From contig OZ272519.1 in NCBI GenBank assembly GCA_965603855.1, positions 4,379,781 to 4,443,780 of the forward strand: a stretch of 64,000 nucleotides of DNA, in the 5' to 3' direction. The position numbers and the translations under genes were made by a program. How positions within the stretch are numbered: position 1 is the first letter of the stretch; every line of letters begins with the position of its first letter. Origin of the DNA: Alphaproteobacteria bacterium. Lineage in GTDB: Bacteria; Pseudomonadota; Alphaproteobacteria; UBA8366; G965603855. Shown here one piece after another: positions 56,900 through 64,000 of the stretch. Under the pieces are notes generated by a model. That model was not told where the DNA came from, made no database searches, and worked only from the letters and a program-made list of their open reading frames with translations.

Positions 56900-58099
56900 T
56901 CAGCCATCACCGCCACCCCAGTTCTCGGCCACCTTGGTCAGGATGGCGACCGCCTCGTCGATGTGGCGTTCCTCGATGTTGAGCGGCGGCAGCAGTCGCG
57001 TCACGTTGTCGCCCGCGGTCACCGTCAACAAACCTTCGTTGCGCAACGCCGCCTGCAGATCGGTGTTGGTGACGACGCACTTGATGCCCTGCATCAGACC
57101 GGCGCCGCGCAGCGACTCGAACACCGCCGGATAACGCGCGACCAGGTCCGAAACCTTGTCCCACATGATCTTGCCGAGCCTGTCCACGTTGTCGAGGAAG
57201 CCGTCCTCCAAGATGACGTCCAGCACCGCGTTGCCGACGGCCATGGCAAGCTGGTTGCCGCCGAAGGTGGTGCCGTGCACGCCCGGCGTGAAACCGCGCG
57301 AGGCCTCTTCGGTCGCCAGGATCGCGCCGATCGGAAAACCGCCGCCCACGCCCTTGGCGGTCGACATGATGTCGGGTTCCGCGCCCGCCCACTGGTGCGC
57401 CCACATCTTGCCGGTCCGTCCGTTGCCGGACTGAACCTCGTCGAAAGCCAGGAACAGGTCGAACTCGTCCGCCGCGGCGCGCAGGCCCCGCAAATAGTCC
57501 AGCTTGGCCGCGTGAATGCCGCCCTCGCCCTGGATCGGCTCGACCAGGATGGCCGCGGTCTCCTCGGTGATCGCGGCCCTGAGGGCGTTCAGGTTGCCGA
57601 ACGGCACGTTGTCGAAGCCGTCGACGGGCGGACCGAAACCGTCGAGATATTTCGGGTTGGCCGACGCCGAGATCGTCGCCAGCGACCGGCCGTGAAACGC
57701 CCCTTCCACCGTGATGACGCGCCAGCGTTCGGAATGACCCCGGACATGCTGTGCCCGCCGCGCCAGCTTGATGGTGCCTTCCAGCGCCTCGACGCCGGTG
57801 CTGCAGAAGAAGACGCGGTCTGCGAAACAGGTCGCGACCAGACGTTCGGCAAGGCGGGTCTGGCCCGGGATCTCGTACAGGTTGGCCGTGTGCCACAGCT
57901 TCTCCGCCTGGTCCTTCAAGGTCTTGACCAGGTGCGGATGTGCGTGCCCGAGGCAGGTCACCGCAATGCCGGAACAAAAGTCGAGATAAGCCCGACCGTC
58001 CGCTGTGTAGAGATAGGGGCCGTCGCCCCGTTCGAAGGCGATATCGGCGCGCCGGTAGTTGTCCATCAATGCGGCACTCATGGGATCCGCGCTCACCAC
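56900..58099 (-). CDS. argD: Acetylornithine aminotransferase
   Basis: YLDFCSGIAV, FHGRS, EPIQGEGG, DEVQSG, STAKGVGGG PLP-lysine motif. Confidence 0.92.
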   Translation of the reverse strand: MVSADPMSAALMDNYRRADIAFERGDGPYLYTADGRAYLDFCSGIAVTCLGHAHPHLVKTLKDQAEKLWHTANLYEIPGQTRLAERLVATCFADRVFFCSTGVEALEGTIKLARRAQHVRGHSERWRVITVEGAFHGRSLATISASANPKYLDGFGPPVDGFDNVPFGNLNALRAAITEETAAILVEPIQGEGGIHAAKLDYLRGLRAAADEFDLFLAFDEVQSGNGRTGKMWAHQWAGAEPDIMSTAKGVGGGFPIGAILATEEASRGFTPGVHGTTFGGNQLAMAVGNAVLDVILEDGFLDNVDRLGKIMWDKVSDLVARYPAVFESLRGAGLMQGIKCVVTNTDLQAALRNEGLLTVTAGDNVTRLLPPLNIEERHIDEAVAILTKVAENWGGGDG

Positions 58100-58166
58100 T
58101 GTTCATGAAGGTTGGGGGTGCCGGATTTGTGCCGCGACCCAGGGGGCGAAGTCAATGCCGTGCCGA

Positions 58167-58994
58167 TCAGGCCTTCAGGCGGTAGCCGCGTCGGATCATC
58201 ACATGGCAGACGCCCCATGCCACAACGATCAGACCGGCCAGGACCGCCGCGCCGGTCAACGGGTCGGCGTCGGCCCTGCCGGTCATGCCGAAACGCATCC
58301 CGTCGATCACGTAGAACAGCGGGTTCAGCTCCAACAGCGGCCGCCAGGCCGGCGGCAGCCGGTCCAGCGAAAAGAAGGTGCCCGACAGGAACAACAGCGG
58401 CATCACCAGGAACGTCTCGAACGCGGCCAGGTGGTCCCACTTGTAACAGACGATGCCGGCGATCCGGCCCAGCAAGGCGACCAACACCGAGCCAAGAACC
58501 GCAAAGGCAACCAGGGCAAGCGGCACGGCGGGAACGACCACGGTGAACGGTGACAGCGTGGCCCAGACCACCGCCGCGACGACCAGGCCGGACGCCGCCG
58601 ACGCCGCCACATAGGCCGCCAGCATTTCCGCGGGCGTCAGCGGCGCGGTCAGAAGATCGGTGATGATGCCTTCCAGCTTGTCCATCACCAGCGACACGGA
58701 CGCCGACTGGAACGCGCGCATCATCATGGCGCTGGCGATCAGACCGGGGATCAGGAATTCCATGAACGGCAAGCCCGCCATCATCATCGGAACGCCGGCC
58801 GGCCGAACCAGCGTGAACAACACCGCGAACAGGAACGTCTGTCCCACCGGCGCGACGATCGTATAGGTCCACAGCTTGAGGTCGCGGTTGAGCTCACGCC
58901 GCAACAGCGTGAGCACGCCGATGCGGTTCATCACGCGGAACTTGCGCGCCCGCGGCCCCGAAAACGGCGGTGCGGCGGTGCTTGGCGCGCTCAT
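58167..58994 (-). CDS. ABC-2 type permease (YadH-like), copy 2
   Basis: FLIPGL, PLLFLSGTFFS, LNPLFYVIDGMR. Confidence 0.88.
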   Translation of the reverse strand: MSAPSTAAPPFSGPRARKFRVMNRIGVLTLLRRELNRDLKLWTYTIVAPVGQTFLFAVLFTLVRPAGVPMMMAGLPFMEFLIPGLIASAMMMRAFQSASVSLVMDKLEGIITDLLTAPLTPAEMLAAYVAASAASGLVVAAVVWATLSPFTVVVPAVPLALVAFAVLGSVLVALLGRIAGIVCYKWDHLAAFETFLVMPLLFLSGTFFSLDRLPPAWRPLLELNPLFYVIDGMRFGMTGRADADPLTGAAVLAGLIVVAWGVCHVMIRRGYRLKA

Positions 58995-59000
58995 GCGCCT

Positions 59001-59822
59001 TCAGGCCTTCAGGTTGTAACCGGTGGAGACCAGGCGCCAGGCCGCCGTCCACAGGACGACGTTGATGCCCAGCATCACGGCCACGCCCAGGGCCGGCGCG
59101 GCGTCCGACTGGCCGATGAAGCCGTACCGGAACCCGTCGATCATGTAGAAGAACGGGTTGAACAGCGCCAGCGTCTGGATCGTCTCGGGCAGGCGGTTGA
59201 TCGAATAGAACGTGCCCGACAGGAAGGCGAAAGGGGTGATGACGAAGTTCGTGACCGCCTGTATGTGATCGAACTTCTCCGCCCAGATGCCGCCCAGCAT
59301 GCCCAGCAGCGACAGCATCATCGAACCCATGACCGCGTGATACAAAACGAAGCCCCAATGGGCGACCGACAGATCGACGAAGACGCTCATGCCCAGCCCC
59401 GCCGCCAGGCCGACGACGACGCCGCGGGTGGTCCCGCCCAGCGCATAGGCGCAGACGAACTCGCCGGGCGAGATCGGCGGCATCAGCACATCGACGATGT
59501 TGCCCTGGATCTTGGAGATCATGATCGACGAGGAGGTGTTGGCAAACGCGTTCTGCGCCATGGTCATGACGATCAAGCCCGGCGCCAGGAACAGTGCGAA
59601 GGCAACGCCGTTCACCGTCTCAACCGCGCGCCCCAGGGCCAGCGTGAAGATCGCCAGGAACAATAAAGAGGTGACCACCGGCGCCGCGACGGTCTGCGTG
59701 AACACCTTGACGAAGCGCCGCACCTCCTTGAGGTAAAGGGTCCACAGGCCGACCCAGTTGACGGCGCCGTAGCGGCGCGGCACGGGACGGCCGGTCTGGT
59801 GCGGGAATTCGGTGGTCGCCAT
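59001..59822 (-). CDS. ABC-2 type permease (YadH-like), copy 1
   Basis: LYLKEVRRF, FANTSSS, FLSGTFYS, NPFFYMIDGFRYG. Confidence 0.92.
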   Translation of the reverse strand: MATTEFPHQTGRPVPRRYGAVNWVGLWTLYLKEVRRFVKVFTQTVAAPVVTSLLFLAIFTLALGRAVETVNGVAFALFLAPGLIVMTMAQNAFANTSSSIMISKIQGNIVDVLMPPISPGEFVCAYALGGTTRGVVVGLAAGLGMSVFVDLSVAHWGFVLYHAVMGSMMLSLLGMLGGIWAEKFDHIQAVTNFVITPFAFLSGTFYSINRLPETIQTLALFNPFFYMIDGFRYGFIGQSDAAPALGVAVMLGINVVLWTAAWRLVSTGYNLKA

Positions 59823-59894
59823 GGCGGCGCGCACCATACTGACGAGGCCGTAGGCCCGCAAGCGAAAGCGCGGGAGCAATCCGGTGGGAAAGGC

Positions 59895-60482
59895 ATGACG
59901 CAAAAGGGTGCCCGATCGGAAACGCGGCGGCGGCGCACGCCCCGGCGGATGACGCCGGACCGGCTGCACCGGATCGCGCTCCACTACCTGGAACGCTATG
60001 CAAGTTCGACGGAGAACCTGCGCCGGGTCCTGATGCGCCGGATCGCACGCGCGGCCCACGCGCACGGGACCGACCCGGACGAGGGCGCGGCCATGGTCGA
60101 GGCGCTGGTCGCGCGGCTTGCGCAGGCCGGCCTCCTGGACGATGCCGCCTATGCCCGCGCCAAGTCCGAGAGCCAGAGCCGTGCCGGAAAACCGGCGCGC
60201 GCGATCGCACAGTATCTGCGCGCGAAGGGCGTCGACCGGGCGGACATCGAAACCGCGCTTGCGGCGCTGGCGGAACGGGACGCGGACGTGGAGCGGACCG
60301 CGGCGGTGCGGTACGCGCGGCGCCGCCGGCTGGGGCCCTGGCGCAAAAGCGGCCGGCAGGAGAACCGCGACCGCGACCTCGCCGCCATGGCTCGCCGCGG
60401 GTTCGACTACGGCACCGCGCGTGCGGTGATCGACGCGCCGGATGCCGATACCCTGCTCGCGACGCTTGACGGGCGGGACTGA
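59895..60482 (+). CDS. recX: Regulatory protein RecX
   Basis: ALHYLERYASS, LLDDAAYA, AMARRGFD. Confidence 0.88.
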   Translation: MTQKGARSETRRRRTPRRMTPDRLHRIALHYLERYASSTENLRRVLMRRIARAAHAHGTDPDEGAAMVEALVARLAQAGLLDDAAYARAKSESQSRAGKPARAIAQYLRAKGVDRADIETALAALAERDADVERTAAVRYARRRRLGPWRKSGRQENRDRDLAAMARRGFDYGTARAVIDAPDADTLLATLDGRD

Positions 60483-60490
60483 CGGCGGCG

Positions 60491-60958
60491 CTACAGCGGC
60501 AGCGCCGTGGTGTATTTGACCCGGCGGAGCGAGAACCGCGAACTGACCGCGGCGATATAGGGAAGACGCAACAGGCGCGTCGAGATCAACCGTTCATAGG
60601 CCTCGATGTCCTGCACGACGATGCGCAACAGATAGTCGCGGTCGCCGGTGACCGCATAACATTCCAGCACCTCCGGCGCCGACGCCACGAACCGCTCGAA
60701 GTCGGCGACGTTCTCTTCCGAGTGGCGGCTCAGCGTTACCGACGCGAAGACGCCAAGCGTCAGCCCGACCGATTTAGGGTCGACCAGGTTGACGGCGCCG
60801 ACCAGGACCCCGTCCTCGCGCAGCCGCTTGATCCGGCGCCAGCAGGGCGACAGCGACAGCCCGACCCGGTCCGCCACCTCCTGGGTCGAGAGCCCCGCAT
60901 CGGCCTGCAGCAGGTCAAGGATCTGGCGGTCTTTTTCGTCGATCTCGGTTTGAGGCAA
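60491..60958 (-). CDS. Lrp/AsnC family regulator (probable phhA regulator)
   Basis: VGLSLSPCWRRIKRL, ECYAVTGDRDYLL; divergent from phhA. Confidence 0.93.
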   Translation of the reverse strand: MPQTEIDEKDRQILDLLQADAGLSTQEVADRVGLSLSPCWRRIKRLREDGVLVGAVNLVDPKSVGLTLGVFASVTLSRHSEENVADFERFVASAPEVLECYAVTGDRDYLLRIVVQDIEAYERLISTRLLRLPYIAAVSSRFSLRRVKYTTALPL

Positions 60959-61083
60959 AGCTTTCCTCTAATCGGCAAAATACAGAAAGAAACTGGTCTC
61001 AAAACTACGAAATCGCGACCATTTAGGCAAGAAATACCCCCGAACCCGCGCCATACTGGGCATTCAGGATTGGAGCGTGCCGA

Positions 61084-61935
61084 ATGAGCAAGGGTGCCGA
61101 ACACGTCATCGACCAGGGCTGGGACGCCTATACGACCGACGAACACGCGGTCTGGCGACGGCTTTACGAACGCCAGGAACGGCTGTTGCCGGGCCGGGTC
61201 GTTCCCGCCTTCATGGACGGGCTGCGCCGCCTGAAGGTGGCGGCCGGCGGCATCCCCGACTTCCGTCGCCTGAACGAGGTGCTGCACGGGGCGACCGGCT
61301 GGCAGGTGGTCGCCGTGCCGGGCCTCATTCCCGACGACGCTTTCTTCGACCTCTTGGCGAACCGCATGTTCCCGTCGGGCAATTTCATCCGCCGTCCCGA
61401 CCAGATGGACTATCTGGAAGAACCGGACGTGTTTCACGACGTCTTCGGACACGTGCCTTTGCTGATGAACCCGGTCTTCGCCGATTTCATGGCCGCCTAC
61501 GGCGAAGCCGGCCTGAAGGCCGACGGCGACGGCGTGCTCAGCCGGCTGGCGCGGCTCTACTGGTACACGGTCGAATTCGGCCTGTTCTGCACGCCGGAAG
61601 GCCTGCGCATCTACGGCGCCGGCATCGTCTCCTCGCACAGCGAGACGCTGTTCAGCCTCGCCTCGGACTCGCCCAACCGGATCCGGCTCGACCGCGACCG
61701 CGTGCTGCGCACCAAGTACCGGATCGACGATTTCCAGGAGACCTACTTCGTCATCGACCGGTTCGAGGCGCTGTTCGACACGCTGGGCAGCGATCTGGGC
61801 GCGGCCCTGGCGCGCGCCGTGGCCTCGCCCGACTTTCATCCCTGGGACGTCCTGGACACCGACGACGTCATCACCCGCGGCACCGGCGCCTATGCCACCG
61901 CCCGGCGCGCCGGCGCAGAGGGCGCCGCGGCGTAA
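61084..61935 (+). CDS. phhA: Phenylalanine 4-monooxygenase
   Basis: EPDVFHDVFGHVPLL, LYWYTVEFGL, YGAGIVSS. Confidence 0.96.
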   Translation: MSKGAEHVIDQGWDAYTTDEHAVWRRLYERQERLLPGRVVPAFMDGLRRLKVAAGGIPDFRRLNEVLHGATGWQVVAVPGLIPDDAFFDLLANRMFPSGNFIRRPDQMDYLEEPDVFHDVFGHVPLLMNPVFADFMAAYGEAGLKADGDGVLSRLARLYWYTVEFGLFCTPEGLRIYGAGIVSSHSETLFSLASDSPNRIRLDRDRVLRTKYRIDDFQETYFVIDRFEALFDTLGSDLGAALARAVASPDFHPWDVLDTDDVITRGTGAYATARRAGAEGAAA

Positions 61936-61953
61936 GATCAGGCGGCAGCCACG

Positions 61954-62056
61954 CCCTTCGTGACGGGCCTTCGGCCCTCCTCAGGGTGAGGTGAATGCCG
62001 GTGCGCTTCGGTTCTCCTCACCCTGAGGAGACCGCGAAGCGGTCGTCTCGAAGGGT
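61954..62056. repeat. Alphaproteobacterial palindromic (REP/MITE-like) element
   Basis: CTCCTCAGGGTGAGG...CCTCACCCTGAGGAG...GTCTCGAAGGG inverted arms; related copy at 63575-63698. Confidence 0.8.
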
Positions 62057-62068
62057 ATGGCAGCCGGC

Positions 62069-62488
62069 TCACTCCCCTGCCCGTTCGATCGCGTCCATGT
62101 CCGCATCGGAAAACCCGAAATGGTGCCCGACCTCGTGGATCAACACGTGGCGGACCAGGTGGCTGAGCGATTCGCCCGTCTCGGCCCAGTAGTCCAGGAT
62201 CGGCCTGCGGTAAAGAAACACCATGTCCACGTCCTCGGCGATGTCGGTGACCGAGCGGTGCGCCAGGGCGCGCCCGACATAGAGGCCCAACAGGTCGAAC
62301 GGCGATTCCAGCTTCATCTCGCGGCAGGTCTCCTCGTCGGGGAAATCGTCCACCCGCAGCACCAGGCCCTCCAGGTGCGCCGCCAGCGGCGCAGGGATCG
62401 TCGCCAGCGCCCGTTCGCCCAGCGCGGCCAGGTCGTCCAGGCTGGGCGGCGCGTCGCATGCGTAGGGTTCGGCGGTCTTGTCGGTCAT
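62069..62488 (-). CDS. Zincin-like metallopeptidase (DUF1025 family)
   Basis: LLGLYVG, FLYRRPIL, HEVGHHFG. Confidence 0.9.
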   Translation of the reverse strand: MTDKTAEPYACDAPPSLDDLAALGERALATIPAPLAAHLEGLVLRVDDFPDEETCREMKLESPFDLLGLYVGRALAHRSVTDIAEDVDMVFLYRRPILDYWAETGESLSHLVRHVLIHEVGHHFGFSDADMDAIERAGE

Positions 62489-62607
62489 GGCGGCGATCCT
62501 AGCCTGTTTGCGCGGCCGTGCGAGCCCCGGCCCGATCGCGATGGGCAAAGCGCGGCGCGAAATCTATATTGTGCCGCACACGTCCATCGCCCGGAGACCA
62601 TAGCCCG

Positions 62608-62904
62608 ATGATCCAACCCCTGGACACCGCCGCGCGGGAGGCCGCGCTTGCCGGCCTCGACGGCTGGCAGACGGCCGCCGACCGCGACGCCATCACGCGA
62701 AGCTTCGCGTTCAAGAACTTCGTCGAAGCCTGGGGCTTCATGACCCAGGTGGCGATGGAGGCCGAGAAAGCCGACCACCATCCCGAATGGTCCAACGTGT
62801 ACAACCGGGTCGAGATCCTGCTGTCGACGCACGACGCCGGCGGGCTGACCGAACGCGACATTGCCCTGGCCAAGGCGATCGACCGCATTGCGGGCGCGCG
62901 CTGA
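62608..62904 (+). CDS. phhB: Pterin-4-alpha-carbinolamine dehydratase
   Basis: [27 protein letters not shown]. Confidence 0.95.
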   Translation: MIQPLDTAAREAALAGLDGWQTAADRDAITRSFAFKNFVEAWGFMTQVAMEAEKADHHPEWSNVYNRVEILLSTHDAGGLTERDIALAKAIDRIAGAR

Positions 62905-62908
62905 CGCC

Positions 62909-63520
62909 GTGGCGCGGCGTTTCCTTCCTCTTGCCGTGTTGGCGCTCCTCGCGGCACCGGCGGCCGCCGACTTCCGGGACGGCTTGATCGCCGTCCAGCG
63001 GGAAGACTACGAGACGGCGCGTCAGGAATTCATGGCCATGCACCAGGCGGGCGATGCCCGCGGCACCTTCATGCTGGGCGTCATGGCCGAGCGTGCATGG
63101 GGGCTGCCGCCCGCCCCCGACCGCGACTTGTACCCCTACATCGACCAGGCAATTGAGTGGTACGGGCGCGCCGCCGACGCCGGGGTCTCTTCGGCGCACT
63201 TCAACTTGGGAATTATTCACCTTGAAGGACGCGGCGTCGAACGCGACTACACGGCAGCGTTTGCTTCCTTCAGTGCCGCAGCAGATCTGGGACATGGTGG
63301 AGCAATGAACAATCTAGGTTCGATGTACGAAAACGGGATTGGCGTGCGAAGGGACATCGTAGAAGCAATGAAGTGGTATGTGCTGGCGGGCGAATACATG
63401 CGCGGCGAAGACGTGAAGATCTCCCACAGCAATACGCTACGGCTGCAGGAGAGCCTTTCGGCGAAGGAGATCGCCGAAGCAAAGGCCCGCACCGACGCCT
63501 GGCGCGCCGCGCATCCCTAG
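62909..63520 (+). CDS. Secreted Sel1-repeat protein
   Basis: Signal peptide; AHFNLGIIHLEGRGVERD and AMNNLGSMYENGIGVRRD repeats. Confidence 0.9.
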   Translation: MARRFLPLAVLALLAAPAAADFRDGLIAVQREDYETARQEFMAMHQAGDARGTFMLGVMAERAWGLPPAPDRDLYPYIDQAIEWYGRAADAGVSSAHFNLGIIHLEGRGVERDYTAAFASFSAAADLGHGGAMNNLGSMYENGIGVRRDIVEAMKWYVLAGEYMRGEDVKISHSNTLRLQESLSAKEIAEAKARTDAWRAAHP

Positions 63521-63574
63521 CAGAGACCCGAACACCCTCACCCGGCCGGCGCTCACGCGCGGAGATCTTCAACA

Positions 63575-63698
63575 CCCTCATGCTGAGGAGCGGTGCGCAG
63601 CACCGCGTCTCGAAGCACATGGCTGATGAAAGCTCCAATTCGCCGCCCGCAGCCACGCCCTTCGAGACGCGCCCTCCGGGCGCTCCTCAGGGTGAGGG
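63575..63698. repeat. Alphaproteobacterial palindromic (REP/MITE-like) element
   Basis: CCTCATGCTGAGGAG...GTCTCGAAGCA ... CCCTTCGAGAC...CTCCTCAGGGTGAGG. Confidence 0.8.
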
Positions 63699-63775
63699 AA
63701 CGGGCTAGGCTATGGGGTTCTTTCCCTCTCGTTGGAGGGAGAGGGGTTGGGGTGAAGAGGTTACCGGCCCCTGCC

Positions 63776-64000
63776 CTACTTCGGTTGCATCCTCAGCGCG
63801 CTGTCCAGCCGGACCGTGGTGCCGTTCATCACCGGGTTGTCGATCATGTGCAGCACCATCGAGGCGAATTCCTCCGGCAGGCCGAAGCGGCGCGGGAACG
63901 GCAGGGTCGATGCGAGGGATTCCTGGACCTTGGCCGGCATGCCCAGCAGCATCGGCGTCGCGAACAGGCCCGGCGCGATCGCCAGCACGCGCACGCCGAT
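63776..64000 (-). CDS. SDR family 3-hydroxyacyl-CoA dehydrogenase (HSD10-like), C-terminal part, truncated by the window edge
   Basis: IAPGLFATPML, PFPRRFGLPEEF, NGTTVRLDSALRM. Confidence 0.88.
   Translation of the reverse strand: MGVRVLAIAPGLFATPMLLGMPAKVQESLASTLPFPRRFGLPEEFASMVLHMIDNPVMNGTTVRLDSALRMQPK

Noticed and set aside
60491-62904. phhA and phhB split by a zincin gene as a novel system
   Set aside because: Lrp-phhA and a nearby phhB are ordinary. The intervening gene is convergent with phhA and flanked by a repeat element, which suggests simple rearrangement.

Overview
High-GC alphaproteobacterial (Rhodospirillales-like) chromosomal window with about 60 supportable CDSs, one tRNA-Arg(CCT) and no rRNA, CRISPR or intact mobile element. 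The left part (to about 37.2 kb) looks like a patchwork of accessory cassettes ending at the tRNA, with two degenerate att-like copies of the tRNA 3' end and two gene remnants. It carries a MacAB-like ABC/MFP operon, amtB-glnK, AsmA, a DUF3141 PHA-related gene and an ActP/DUF294/exonuclease/SSS-kinase operon. The right part holds a 12-heme cytochrome with an Fnr regulator and a ccmFGHI set, two tandem redoxin-2OG oxygenase fusions and housekeeping genes (hslO, argD, recX, phhA/phhB). Best leads: (1) a full-length SznF (N-nitrosourea synthase)-like HDO-cupin protein that has lost most metal ligands of both active sites, in an operon with an APC transporter and an Lrp regulator; (2) an unannotated stand-alone structured transcript whose 25-codon ORF is preceded by a perfect 17-nt complement of the 16S rRNA 3' tail; (3) an ActP operon with a nucleotidyltransferase and a pseudo-histidine-kinase/DEDDh exonuclease fusion whose H-box His is replaced by Glu; (4) the dodecaheme cytochrome with an adjacent Rap1a-fold gene and its own maturation genes. 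Family assignments come from motif recognition and recalled sequences, not from database searches.
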